Source: a virus (Duplodnaviria; Heunggongvirae; Uroviricota; Caudoviricetes). Taken from it: a DNA stretch of 64,000 nt. Position numbers and translations under genes: made by a program. How positions within the stretch are numbered: the stretch's first letter is position 1; each line of letters opens with the position of its first letter. The stretch lies in IMG/VR virus record IMGVR_UViG_3300025913_000018, one strand, 5' to 3'. Under the pieces are notes generated by a model. The model was not told the origin of the DNA. It did no database searches and saw nothing but the letters and a program-made list of their open reading frames with translations. Of the stretch, positions 1 through 8,944 are shown in pieces.

Positions 1-1
1 A

Positions 2-418
2 GCGGTCTCGTTCTTCCTGATCTCGATGCTGAGTTCCGCCATTGCGCCGACCGTCTCTCAGTCGATTCGATGGGGCTCTCTTCTACAGGGACCGGGGGCG
101 CGCGTTTCGATCGTCGACCTCAACACCTACCCCAGTACCTCGAACACCCGGACGGCTCCGAAGCAGTTCACGTCTCCCTTCGTCTGGAGCCGGAACCAGA
201 AGATCACCTGCACCGCCCAGTTCTATCGAGGTGCGTTCGTGATCGCAAACGCGGGTACGGGCGTCACCACCACACACGTCCTCGGGGGCGGTCCGCTCAC
301 CTGGAACGTCGGAGGCCCTCTCTACATCGCAACCACCGCGCCCGTTTCGGCCACCTCCAGTACGTTCGGCGCTACAGGTCCGGCCTGCTCCTTCGGCCGT
401 CTCATCACCAGCGCGTAA
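2..418 (+). CDS. C-terminal part of a beta-rich, Gly/Thr/Ser-rich putative virion fibre or structural protein (5' end outside window)
   Basis: Frame is open from the window edge to TAA at 416-418. Composition resembles the plus-strand fibre genes at 2853, 13848 and 34964. Confidence 0.5.
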   Translation, partial: AVSFFLISMLSSAIAPTVSQSIRWGSLLQGPGARVSIVDLNTYPSTSNTRTAPKQFTSPFVWSRNQKITCTAQFYRGAFVIANAGTGVTTTHVLGGGPLTWNVGGPLYIATTAPVSATSSTFGATGPACSFGRLITSA

Positions 419-453
419 GTAGGCTATCGGAGCGCCTCCCTTGAGGTGACCCG

Positions 454-1029
454 ATGCGTCTAGGACTGCTGTTCGTAACCCTGGTCGGGCTCGTAGGGTG
501 TATCCCTGAGGCTGGGTTCATGTCCCGTCGCGCCCACTGGGACAACCACGAGTTCCCCCTCACGGTCTGCGCCTCTCCGTACGTCGCGGCGGAAGACGAC
601 ATGCACGCGCTCGACCTGACGGACCGAGTGATTCGCCAGGTCAACGACCGCCTCGGGTTCAAGGTCTACTCGATGGGTACCACCGATTGCGAGGTGGTAG
701 CGGTGATCGGGGAGCCGGTGGACGTCAACACGACCGGGGCTCCGGACGCTGACGGCAATACGGACCCGGGCGGAGCCGCGGACGTCAATTACGTCCTCAC
801 CAGCGGGATGAGGTGCTCGGTTCACACCTTCAACACCGGTACGTCTGAGTTGACCTTCTACACGATCGAGCACGAGCTGGGCCACTGTCTCGGCCTCGCC
901 CACGACGATTGGGACGGTAGCATCATGCGTCGCGTTCAGATCCCTACGCCGTTCGAGTCGTTTCCGCCCTGGATCGACGACCACGACCGGTCTCTACTTC
1001 GCGACACGTACCTGACGCCTCAGCAGTGA
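454..1029 (+). CDS. Metzincin (matrixin/M10-like) zinc metalloprotease with lipoprotein signal peptide
   Basis: HELGHCLGLAHD fits HExxHxxGxxH. Met-turn GSIMR. N-terminus MRLGLLFVTLVGLVGC has a lipobox-like VGC. SD GAGGTG upstream. Confidence 0.85.
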   Translation: MRLGLLFVTLVGLVGCIPEAGFMSRRAHWDNHEFPLTVCASPYVAAEDDMHALDLTDRVIRQVNDRLGFKVYSMGTTDCEVVAVIGEPVDVNTTGAPDADGNTDPGGAADVNYVLTSGMRCSVHTFNTGTSELTFYTIEHELGHCLGLAHDDWDGSIMRRVQIPTPFESFPPWIDDHDRSLLRDTYLTPQQ

Positions 1030-1899
1030 TCAGCCGATTCCCGTCCAGTCCTCTTCGCCTGTAGGGGCGTCTTCCAAGAGGACCGGATAGGGCGGGTTCA
1101 ACGTACTGGCTCGGGGGGCGGCGAAGTTGTAGTCGCCCTCTTCGGTCAACGGATAGAAGATCTGATCGATCGAATTCACGATCGTCGAGAGGTTGAACGA
1201 GATCGCGAAGTCGTCTCCGTAGGGGAGGTCCGAGATCACGCCTCCAACGGCCGTCGGGAGAATCTCATCGCGCTCGATCAGAAGCTGCTCCCGTAGATCG
1301 GCGAGCTTCAGAATCCGAGCTTCGAGGTCGTTCCGCTTCGTTCTGATCTCCGCCGACACCCACTCGCGGGCCGCGTTGATCACCGGGGTCATCTCCGCCG
1401 ACTCGCTGACGTAGGTGATGTTGCTCCCGAGCTTCCGGGGTGGGTAGCGCCAAAGAGGGAGCCAGCCGCCGGTATAGAGCCCCACGGTGACCGGGTCGGC
1501 GGAGCGGGGCGATACGATGCCCCCGTAGGGCTCGGTCTCTCGAACCACGACCGTCTCGGTTCCGTCCTCCGCCGTCGTCGCCTCGATGATCTGGAAGCTG
1601 TCCGGGTGGAGGAACATCGAGATGTCGAAGGGGTTCCCCCCTTGGGCGATGTACGCTTGGAGGAGGCGCTCCATCGAGGAGTTGGGGGAGACGTCGATTC
1701 CGACCCGCTTCTCGCTCATCGGGGAGTCGACGTCGCTGAGGTCGGTCCGCGAGTAGAGGACACGAATCTCTCCGATCCTCACCAGCTCCGCGTTGATCGC
1801 GCGGATCCGGGCGAGGACGTCTCTCCGTTCGTTCAAGACGAACGAACGGAAGACCTGCCAGGCTCCCTGACGAAAGATCCCTGTCCAGCCGAAGCTCAT
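1030..1899 (-). CDS. Hypothetical protein, possibly virion-associated (289 aa)
   Basis: Long ORF with normal composition and a coiled-coil segment. Virion role is inference only. Confidence 0.7.
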   Translation of the reverse strand: MSFGWTGIFRQGAWQVFRSFVLNERRDVLARIRAINAELVRIGEIRVLYSRTDLSDVDSPMSEKRVGIDVSPNSSMERLLQAYIAQGGNPFDISMFLHPDSFQIIEATTAEDGTETVVVRETEPYGGIVSPRSADPVTVGLYTGGWLPLWRYPPRKLGSNITYVSESAEMTPVINAAREWVSAEIRTKRNDLEARILKLADLREQLLIERDEILPTAVGGVISDLPYGDDFAISFNLSTIVNSIDQIFYPLTEEGDYNFAAPRASTLNPPYPVLLEDAPTGEEDWTGIG

Positions 1900-1900
1900 G

Positions 1901-1926
1901 TATCGACTCTACGAGAGGAGTCGATA
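1901..1926 (-). promoter_or_regulatory. Perfect 9-bp stem hairpin immediately upstream of the 1899 start codon
   Basis: tatcgactc (1901-1909) pairs with gagtcgata (1918-1926); 8-nt loop; 1 nt from ATG. Confidence 0.6.
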
Positions 1927-1942
1927 GCCTACCGCGAGAGCG

Positions 1943-2416
1943 TTACGTGGTAATGGCCTTCGTCTGGAAGCTGTTCCCCTGCAGACAGAGGTTCTTGTCG
2001 AACCAGACGGCGTCCACGAAATTCCCGTAGGCCTCGGTCACCGTCATCGGACAGCCCTTCAAGAGGTCGCCACGAAGGTAGATGACGCTGCCGGTCTTGA
2101 TCTCCGAAGATCCAGGGATGTTCCTCATCCGACCGGTCTTCACTCCCTCGTGCTTCGGGAGGGTCTTCACGACTTCCGGCTTCGGATCGTCGCTCAGGAG
2201 CTGGGAGATCATCTTCGTCCTCCCCATGGAGTAGAAGCGGATCTTCTTCAGATCGGGGGAGACCGCCACCAACGCCGAATTGGCGTAGAGCTGCCTCTGA
2301 CGGATGGTGAGCTTCAGCCGAGCGTTGTAGGCGAACTTCTCGCTGGCGGTGATGTTGTTGTCGTGGTCCTTCACGGTCCACCAACCCTTGGGCGGATTCA
2401 GCTTCTTGTTCTTCAT
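1943..2416 (-). CDS. Hypothetical protein (157 aa)
   Basis: ORF with SD GGAGG upstream and protein-like composition. Confidence 0.7.
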   Translation of the reverse strand: MKNKKLNPPKGWWTVKDHDNNITASEKFAYNARLKLTIRQRQLYANSALVAVSPDLKKIRFYSMGRTKMISQLLSDDPKPEVVKTLPKHEGVKTGRMRNIPGSSEIKTGSVIYLRGDLLKGCPMTVTEAYGNFVDAVWFDKNLCLQGNSFQTKAITT

Positions 2417-2450
2417 CGATCTTCCTCCGGAGAACCACTTTACGCCGAGA

Positions 2451-2804
2451 TCAGGAGTCCCCTCGACGGATTCCTCCGTGAGGTCCCTTATGACCAGAGA
2501 CCTTCCAGCAAAGGATCATGGAGGACGGACCCGTGTAGGAGACTACGGCCCCACAGGGGGCCTGGTCTTCGGATACGCACTCGTCGTCCTCGCCCGTCAG
2601 CTCGGCGATCTTCTTCTGGGCCGCCGCGAGGATGATTCGAACCGCAGCGAGGGCGAGCTTCTCCTGTTCCTTCAGCTTCTCTCGAAGGCGGAGGACTTCG
2701 GCGGCGAGACACTCTGCGTGAGATCTCCCGGTATCCTCAGGAGAAGCCTCCATCTCGGCCAGAGCCTTGAAAGCGCGCGCCTCGGTCCACTCGTCCCTCT
2801 TCAT
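2451..2804 (-). CDS. Hypothetical protein (117 aa), C-terminal Cys/His motif
   Basis: ORF preceded by GCGTAAG 7 nt upstream of ATG. Confidence 0.65.
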   Translation of the reverse strand: MKRDEWTEARAFKALAEMEASPEDTGRSHAECLAAEVLRLREKLKEQEKLALAAVRIILAAAQKKIAELTGEDDECVSEDQAPCGAVVSYTGPSSMILCWKVSGHKGPHGGIRRGDS

Positions 2805-2852
2805 GACGTACCTTACGCGGTAGATGTGGTATGAAGCGCTAAGAACACACCT

Positions 2853-3272
2853 ATGGCCGCCCCGCGTAAACCACTCTTCCAGTCGATTGGCGCTTCAACT
2901 CAGTCGGCCCGAGAGGCGATTGACATCATCAGCGGAGTCTTCGCCCCGACCGTTTCCGTCTTCAGTGGCACCAGCGTTTCGGCGGTAACTACGCCTGGCT
3001 CTTGGCTTCGGCAGAAGGTCGGTACGATCGTGACGATCTCCGGCCAGCTCCATCTGACCGTCGCCTCTTCGGGGTTGAGCGTCATCCACGTCGACAACCT
3101 TCCGGACCACAACAGTAGCTTCCTGGGCTACTTCGTCGTGACGTCAACGGATGCCACCAAAGCGACGGGGGCTCCGGGCTCGATTCACAACAACACGTTG
3201 AATTTGGCTGCGACCGGAGTCGCCTCCGGAGCTTGCGACCTTTTCATCGTCGCTCAGTACTCGGTCGACTGA
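2853..3272 (+). CDS. Short fibre or receptor-binding-like protein, MAxPRK-LFQ family member 1
   Basis: N-terminus MAAPRKPLFQSIGASTQSAREAI is shared with 13848 and 34964. C-terminal beta domain (QKVGTIVTISG...LP) resembles tail-fibre tip domains. Confidence 0.65.
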   Translation: MAAPRKPLFQSIGASTQSAREAIDIISGVFAPTVSVFSGTSVSAVTTPGSWLRQKVGTIVTISGQLHLTVASSGLSVIHVDNLPDHNSSFLGYFVVTSTDATKATGAPGSIHNNTLNLAATGVASGACDLFIVAQYSVD

Positions 3273-3273
3273 G

Positions 3274-3456
3274 TCAAGCGGTACGGAAGAAGACGAGGTG
3301 GGGTTGATCGTTCGAGATCTTCCCCTCGTACCAGACTCGCCCCGTCTTCAGCGTGTCGATCGCGAGGTCGACTCGCGAATCGGCGGCCTGGTGGCAGCGG
3401 AGGTACTTCTTTCCGCTGCCACACCAACAAGGTTCGTTACTGCCTAGAGGCTTCAT
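3274..3456 (-). CDS. SEC-C motif zinc-binding small protein (60 aa)
   Basis: NEPCWCGSGKKYLRCH fits SEC-C. ATG at 3456 overlaps the upstream TGA (ATGA coupling). Confidence 0.8.
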   Translation of the reverse strand: MKPLGSNEPCWCGSGKKYLRCHQAADSRVDLAIDTLKTGRVWYEGKISNDQPHLVFFRTA

Positions 3457-5624
3457 CCGCCCCCCAGGCTGGAGAGGAAGTCCGCCCCCGGATCTTCCTC
3501 CTTCATCGACTCGACCTTCTCCCCTCGAATCCACGAGTTGACCTTCGCCGCGAGGCTAGCGACCGACTCCTGAGCGTCTAGCACGAGCCGTCTCTCCGTA
3601 GGGAAGTAGTTGGCGAACTTCGCGCTCTTCGTCTTCCGACCCTTCAGCCAGGTCGCGTTCTGATTCGATCCCCGCTGCTTCCGACGAGCCTCTACGACTT
3701 CCTCGGGGGCGAGGAGGAGAACCACGTACGGGTCCGCGCTCTCGTCGATCCTCGTCTTCTTGTTCATGTCCGAGAAGCGATCGCCGTCGAAGATCGTGTA
3801 GGGCCTCCAGAGGAGGTTCGCCTCCCAATACGTCAGCGTGGGGCCGACGTCGTGGCTGACCGTGTCGCCTCCGTCGAAGGTCCCGCCCGTGTAGTGACCG
3901 GCCAGGACGAAGTCCCGAGCGATCGTCCACTTCTGGTTCGGGACGAGTTCGAGAGGGACGTCTCCGACGATCGCCCGTACGAGGGTCGTCTTCCCCACCC
4001 CGGGCTCCCCTACGATCCAGATCGCCTTCGGACGGGGTCCGGTGTAGGTCGAGACTCGATGGCCGTCTGCAGCCTTCGAGGGGTCCCTATCGTACTCCTG
4101 CCCGGCCTCGACGTAGGCCTTCGCCTCGGCTTCTCTCTGCTCTTTCGAGGGCGGATTCTTCCGGTGCGAGGCGATGTTCTCGTTCGCCTTCTGGATCGTC
4201 TCCGAGGCCGGCTTCCCGGTCCACTCTTCGAGGTGCTTCATGATCCTCGCGTCTTCGGCGTCGCGAATGGATTCGACGGCCTTCGCCTCTATCTCCATTT
4301 CCGAGAAGTCTTTCGAGATCTCAGTCATCATGGACTTGAAAGCCGGGGACTTCTTGAGGGACGAGGGCTTCGAAGCCGGAACCTCTTCGGCGGGAGGTGC
4401 TTCGACCCCGAAGAAGGCCAGGAACTCGTTCTTGTGGGCCTCGTCTGCGGCGTCCTTCGCTACGAGGTTTGCGTGGCGCTCCTTCGGGTTCTTGAAGCGA
4501 GTGTCGAAGAAGTTCTTCTCGCGGACCTTCTCCTCCGAGACGGTTCCGCACTTCAGCATGTCGACTCGGACGTAGCAGACGACCGAGATCCGCTCCCAGT
4601 TGTCCTTCCCCTCGACCGCCGACTTCATCTCCGTGTTCCCGTGCCACTCGTGGACGTCCATCCCGAGGAAGTCCCCGGTCCGGAGGTCGACGGCGCAACG
4701 GTACTTCGGGAAGATCGTCCGGCCGCCCTCGTACTTGTCCTCGCCTTCGAGGACGGTGAGGTTGCCGAAGCCGTTCGGGAGGTCGCCCGCGTCCTTATGG
4801 ACGCCCGTTCGGTAGTTCTTGTTGACGGTGATCGTACTGAAGACCGTGTCCCCGATCATCCACCCCTTCTTCGTGAGGGAGTCGGTGACGATCGACTCGA
4901 CACCCTTCTGGACGGAGACCTCGTCCGAGACGAACTGGCGTTGGTTCTCCCAGCGCTCCGGGATGCACTCCTTGTACTTCACGTTGATCGCTTCGAAGAA
5001 CGGGATCGCCATCGCGAACTCGGTCACGTGTTCGCGCGTGAAGGCGGTCTGGCGGCAGTAGGGGTTTCGCGGCGTCCAGTTGAAGTTGCCGACGATCCCG
5101 CTGAGGACCTGGTTCGACTCGCTCGTGTTCGAGATGTGACCGTCTTCGGTGAGGTAGCCGGCGGTCGAGCCCCCTCGGCTGATGAAGCGAGAAGGATCCT
5201 TCCCGAGCCCTTCGGCAGTTGCGATCCCCGCGGCCATCCCGCGATTCTTCGAAGTCCCGGCGGCCCGGCGGAGGATCCCGTAGGCCGGATCAGTGATCCG
5301 CTTCGGGAAGACCTTCTTCCGGAGGCACATCAAAAGACGGCTCTCGCGATCGTCGAACGGGTTCTCTACCCCCTCCACGACCTTCTTCATCGGCTTGTAG
5401 ATGTCGACGTCCTCGTTGTGGGCGAGGATCACGTAGGCCGAATCGTCGAGGAAGTGTCCCCCGAGCTTGTCGGTCTCGACGTCGGAGAGGACTCCCTTTC
5501 CGGTGAGCTGGATCTGGAGGACGCCGTCTTCCGGACGCTTCCACTCCCACCACTCCAAGCCGTCTCGGTTCTTCAGTTCGGCGAAGTCGGGATGGGGGGG
5601 ATCGATGAACTCGTTTTCTGACAT
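3453..5624 (-). CDS. TET/JBP-family 2OG-Fe(II) dioxygenase fused to a C-terminal P-loop nucleotide-kinase-like domain
   Basis: FSTITVNKNYRTGVHKDAGD (HxD), HEWHGNTE (distal His), WERISVVCYVR (2OG Arg). C-terminal WIVGEPGVGKTT Walker A, GHYTGGTFDGGD and IFDGDRFS. Confidence 0.85.
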   Translation of the reverse strand: MSENEFIDPPHPDFAELKNRDGLEWWEWKRPEDGVLQIQLTGKGVLSDVETDKLGGHFLDDSAYVILAHNEDVDIYKPMKKVVEGVENPFDDRESRLLMCLRKKVFPKRITDPAYGILRRAAGTSKNRGMAAGIATAEGLGKDPSRFISRGGSTAGYLTEDGHISNTSESNQVLSGIVGNFNWTPRNPYCRQTAFTREHVTEFAMAIPFFEAINVKYKECIPERWENQRQFVSDEVSVQKGVESIVTDSLTKKGWMIGDTVFSTITVNKNYRTGVHKDAGDLPNGFGNLTVLEGEDKYEGGRTIFPKYRCAVDLRTGDFLGMDVHEWHGNTEMKSAVEGKDNWERISVVCYVRVDMLKCGTVSEEKVREKNFFDTRFKNPKERHANLVAKDAADEAHKNEFLAFFGVEAPPAEEVPASKPSSLKKSPAFKSMMTEISKDFSEMEIEAKAVESIRDAEDARIMKHLEEWTGKPASETIQKANENIASHRKNPPSKEQREAEAKAYVEAGQEYDRDPSKAADGHRVSTYTGPRPKAIWIVGEPGVGKTTLVRAIVGDVPLELVPNQKWTIARDFVLAGHYTGGTFDGGDTVSHDVGPTLTYWEANLLWRPYTIFDGDRFSDMNKKTRIDESADPYVVLLLAPEEVVEARRKQRGSNQNATWLKGRKTKSAKFANYFPTERRLVLDAQESVASLAAKVNSWIRGEKVESMKEEDPGADFLSSLGGG

Positions 5625-5685
5625 GGCTACCTCTTACGCGCGCGGTTTCGAAACTCTACTCACAAACAGCGAATTCAGTCGCGCG

Positions 5686-5907
5686 TTATCTCACCCTGTC
5701 GTGTTTCACCAGCTCATCCGGCTCCAAGGGACATAGAGGCGGGAAGGGGGTACGATCGGGTGTCGGATCGTCGCCCCTCTGGCCCGGCTTATTCGGACAC
5801 CAGGAGTGGGTCCTCTTTGGGTGGTTGCACCGAGGGACCTGAGGGCCCCAACCGTCCGAGGATTCGTCCGGAAAGGAACGGTACGGACAACCCTTCCGGG
5901 ACAACAC
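5686..5907 (-). CDS. Small Cys/Pro-rich hypothetical protein (73 aa)
   Basis: GTG start inferred. CPY...CNHP...C...CPL pattern fills an otherwise empty gap. Confidence 0.4.
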   Translation of the reverse strand: MLSRKGCPYRSFPDESSDGWGPQVPRCNHPKRTHSWCPNKPGQRGDDPTPDRTPFPPLCPLEPDELVKHDRVR

Positions 5908-5921
5908 TTCGAGACGAACGA

Positions 5922-6320
5922 TCATCGGGTGCTCCGGAGCTTCTTCACCACTGTTGCGTAGCCTCCGCCCTCGGCGTCCAGCTCCACGAAAGAACGCATC
6001 GTCCTCGCGAAGAACTTCCAGTCCTTCGTCCCCCACTTCTCCGATTGAGTGAGGGAGGGGCGATGGGAGAGAGGGATCACGCTCCTCGGGGGGACGTTCC
6101 GGTTCACGAACGCCATCCACGCCGATCGAAGAACCCTCCACGAGGTCTCAGGATCGTGCCCCTCGGAGAGGAGCTTGAACTCCATCGCTTGGAGGAACTG
6201 AGTCTCCACGGCGAGCGGGGTCCCGTACATCTGAGGGGTCTCGATCGCCCCCTTCAACGTCTCGTTCGCGTAGGCGAGAACGTTCGAGAGTCGTTGCTTC
6301 GCGGTCAGGCTTGAAGGCAT
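5922..6320 (-). CDS. Hypothetical protein
   Basis: ORF in coupled minus-strand array; start at MPSSL inferred. Confidence 0.65.
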   Translation of the reverse strand: MPSSLTAKQRLSNVLAYANETLKGAIETPQMYGTPLAVETQFLQAMEFKLLSEGHDPETSWRVLRSAWMAFVNRNVPPRSVIPLSHRPSLTQSEKWGTKDWKFFARTMRSFVELDAEGGGYATVVKKLRSTR

Positions 6321-6895
6321 CTCGCCCACCTCAGCCCCATCCGAAGGGCCTCCACCGCCGAAACCTCCGCCTGGGGAGGAGAGGCGATGAAGGAGGGTTC
6401 GAGCGGAGGTCCGGCCTGGATGCTCTGGATCCCTTCGAAGTAGCCGGGATCTGGTTCGTCTTCCTCGGCGAGCTTCGGGAGGGTTCCGATCGCGACCGTA
6501 GTGAATGTCACCTTCTGGCCCGACGAGACGTACACCCCCGCTTCGGAGTAGTCGGTGCCACTCACGTTGAGGAGGCGAACCATGAGATAGGGACTCACCG
6601 TTCGAAGGTCGACGACTCCCATCTGTCCGTGGATGTCGAACGTTCGGACGTACTCCAGGGACGAAGGCTTATCCGGCTTGTAAGGACACCAGAACTCGGT
6701 CGCCCGGAAAACGTTCTCCAGGGGACCGTGGTAGTCCGGACGGATTAGAATCCGATTCCCGAAGGCTTCCGGGAGACGGGGATCGATCCGATCGAAGAGC
6801 ATCTTCAGATACGAGGGGTGAAACTGAAGTGTCGCTTCGAGCGCCGTCATGAAGCGCGTGTACGAAGCCGGGTCCGGTGCAATCTCCGAAAGCAT
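6305..6895 (-). CDS. Hypothetical protein (196 aa)
   Basis: ORF in coupled array. Confidence 0.7.
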   Translation of the reverse strand: MLSEIAPDPASYTRFMTALEATLQFHPSYLKMLFDRIDPRLPEAFGNRILIRPDYHGPLENVFRATEFWCPYKPDKPSSLEYVRTFDIHGQMGVVDLRTVSPYLMVRLLNVSGTDYSEAGVYVSSGQKVTFTTVAIGTLPKLAEEDEPDPGYFEGIQSIQAGPPLEPSFIASPPQAEVSAVEALRMGLRWARCLQA

Positions 6896-7113
6896 CAGTA
6901 GTCGTTCCTGTTCCGTTCAGGGTCTTCCGATTCGACGTAGCACCCCGAGTCGCTGATGTCGTTGATGGGGTCCCTGTACGCGTCCGCGTGGAACTTCTCG
7001 ATCGAGTCCCAGCAGACGCAGTCCCCCTCCTCCGACGGAGAGACTTGGAGGAAGTCTGCCTCCAACCCTGAGCACGCCTCGATACAGGCCAAGATCAACC
7101 AGGTCTTCATCAC
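6895..7113 (-). CDS. Small acidic hypothetical protein (72 aa)
   Basis: Start and stop overlap both neighbours. Confidence 0.55.
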   Translation of the reverse strand: MMKTWLILACIEACSGLEADFLQVSPSEEGDCVCWDSIEKFHADAYRDPINDISDSGCYVESEDPERNRNDY

Positions 7114-7655
7114 CGAGGGGGGTTCTTTCGATCGTCTTCGGAGAGGATGTACTCCAGCCTCTCCCGTTCCTCGGACGTTACCCCTAGGACCTTCATCCAG
7201 GTCCAGAAGTACCAGTTCAGGGGCTCGGGGTCTATCTTGGGGAATCTCGGGAAGAGGTAGACCCGAGCGTCGCGCCAGTTGTGGACCTTGTCCGCGATGA
7301 GCATGAGGTTCACCTCTCGGATTGGACTGATCCGAGGGAGACGAGAGGAGTGAACGTCCGGAGTGAGGTACGCGTTCGCGACGGATCGATACTCCATCGT
7401 GAGGACCAGAGCGTCGGGGTCACACAGAAGGGGTCTCGGGTCGGGGAACTCCCCTTGCATGAGCGAGGTGAAGCTGTCTTCGAGCTGAAAGATGGGGTGG
7501 AGGCACCAAGCCTCCTTCGTAGCTTCCTTCGCCCCCAGGTCTTCGAGAAGGAGGAGCCCTTGGTCGATGTGCCTCATGTAGAGCAGGCACGTCCGCTTCG
7601 CTCGGCGGATCCCGTAGAAGTCCCGGATGACCTGGTAGGGGAGAGTGTCCTTCAT
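7110..7655 (-). CDS. HD-domain-like phage protein (181 aa)
   Basis: HIDQGL, CLHP, EYRSVANAYL and MLIADKVHN are reminiscent of HD-fold hydrolases. Start at 7655 by ATGA coupling. Confidence 0.55.
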   Translation of the reverse strand: MKDTLPYQVIRDFYGIRRAKRTCLLYMRHIDQGLLLLEDLGAKEATKEAWCLHPIFQLEDSFTSLMQGEFPDPRPLLCDPDALVLTMEYRSVANAYLTPDVHSSRLPRISPIREVNLMLIADKVHNWRDARVYLFPRFPKIDPEPLNWYFWTWMKVLGVTSEERERLEYILSEDDRKNPPR

Positions 7656-8041
7656 CGGGCGATCGCGTCCATCAGAGCGAGAACCCGGATCACGCCCTTC
7701 GAAGGAGTCCGAAGGTGAACGGGGACGAGAGCGTTTCGGACCTCCGCCACGAGGAGAGACCTCTGCTCTTCGGAGAGTTGGAGCTTCTCGGCCAGGTCCC
7801 TTACGTGGTCGGCGAGAGGGCGACCACCTCCGTCCACAGGACCTTCCGGGAAGGTGTCGTATCGGAGCTGGGCGCGTCGAGACAGCTCTTCGATCTGGAG
7901 CTTCGCTTCGTACCCGCATTCACACGGATGGTCGGGGTACGAAGGAGAACGAGGACAGTGCTTGTCGTGATCTACGATCCCGCACTCGTTGGCCAGCTTC
8001 AAGGCTGCGGCGGAGATCTCGTCCGCCCAATCATTCGACAT
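7652..8041 (-). CDS. Hypothetical protein (129 aa)
   Basis: GCGTAAC 7 nt upstream of ATG. Confidence 0.65.
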   Translation of the reverse strand: MSNDWADEISAAALKLANECGIVDHDKHCPRSPSYPDHPCECGYEAKLQIEELSRRAQLRYDTFPEGPVDGGGRPLADHVRDLAEKLQLSEEQRSLLVAEVRNALVPVHLRTPSKGVIRVLALMDAIAR

Positions 8042-8049
8042 GAACGGAG

Positions 8050-8667
8050 TTACGCTTTTCGGTTGGCCCGAACCTGACGAAGTCTTTCCTCCAAGACCTC
8101 CATCTCACTCCATGTGATGCTCTTGTAGAGGTTCCCGACGAAGCGATGGTAGATCCAGTAGTGACGAGCCGCGATCTGGTCCTTCAGCGTCTTCGCCGAA
8201 GCGTCGACCGGGATCTGATCCATCGGAATCAGCTCGATCTCCGATCCGTACGGAGAGGAGTTCGGCTCGATGAGGTCCAAGATCGGAGGCGCCTCTTCTC
8301 GGGGCTCGGTCTCGAACCATAGCTCCGGGTCCCAGGGAGAATCCCCGGACATCGACTGCTTCGCCTCTTCGGCGGTCAGCTTCCGGTACTCGCCTTCGAG
8401 AAAGGAATCGGGCTCCCCTTCGTAAGGAACGTGGGTCTTGTACATGCCCTCCCACATCCAGATCCCCTCGCTCGGAGGCGGATTGTCCCGAAGGAACGCG
8501 TCCGCGAGAGGCTCGACGCCCCTCAGGAATTCCAAGCCGGGTCCGATGTGCTCAAGAACCGCGATCAGCTTTCCCGTTGAATCGGCGGCAACTACGGCTC
8601 GATCCTTGGGGCAGTTCTTTCGGTACTTCAGGCGCTCCACGTCATCCTTCCGGGGGGTTAGGTTCAT
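8050..8667 (-). CDS. Hypothetical protein (205 aa)
   Basis: ORF ends GCG-TAA; GCGTAAG upstream. Confidence 0.7.
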   Translation of the reverse strand: MNLTPRKDDVERLKYRKNCPKDRAVVAADSTGKLIAVLEHIGPGLEFLRGVEPLADAFLRDNPPPSEGIWMWEGMYKTHVPYEGEPDSFLEGEYRKLTAEEAKQSMSGDSPWDPELWFETEPREEAPPILDLIEPNSSPYGSEIELIPMDQIPVDASAKTLKDQIAARHYWIYHRFVGNLYKSITWSEMEVLEERLRQVRANRKA

Positions 8668-8785
8668 CAGGTTCGAGATACTTACGCCCCCTGAATCTTT
8701 AGTCGCTACCTATGTTTCTAGTCGCTACGTCGATTTTTTTACCTCGGCGCGAGCTTCGTGTAGGGTCCCCCTTCTGGAGGTTCCT

Positions 8786-8944
8786 ATGGAGCGAACGAGG
8801 TTCATGGAAGTCTTGCTGGCAGCCCGACAGTTGGGGCGGATCGACGCTTTCACTATTCAAGTGGCTTCCCACTACGTACGTGAAGAATCACGAAACGAGA
8901 AGGAGAAGCAGGTCAGTAATGAGGGTAGGGAGCCCGCCCGCTAG
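8786..8944 (+). CDS. Small hypothetical protein (52 aa)
   Basis: Strong SD GGAGG 5 nt before ATG; 3' end overlaps the convergent 863-aa gene. Confidence 0.35.
   Translation: MERTRFMEVLLAARQLGRIDAFTIQVASHYVREESRNEKEKQVSNEGREPAR

Noticed and set aside
3852-5621. 589-aa plus-strand ORF and many other long antisense or alternate-frame ORFs (e.g. 18412-19932, 20971-22269, 43604-44935, 43807-45078, 54291-55484)
   Set aside because: Arg/Pro/Gly-rich shadow ORFs over well-supported genes, expected from high-GC codon bias. No motifs or start signals.
5640-5920. Apparent 280-nt non-coding gap upstream of the TET-kinase gene (possible ncRNA)
   Set aside because: Better explained by a Cys-rich 73-aa ORF (5686-5907). 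No convincing long-range pairing was found.
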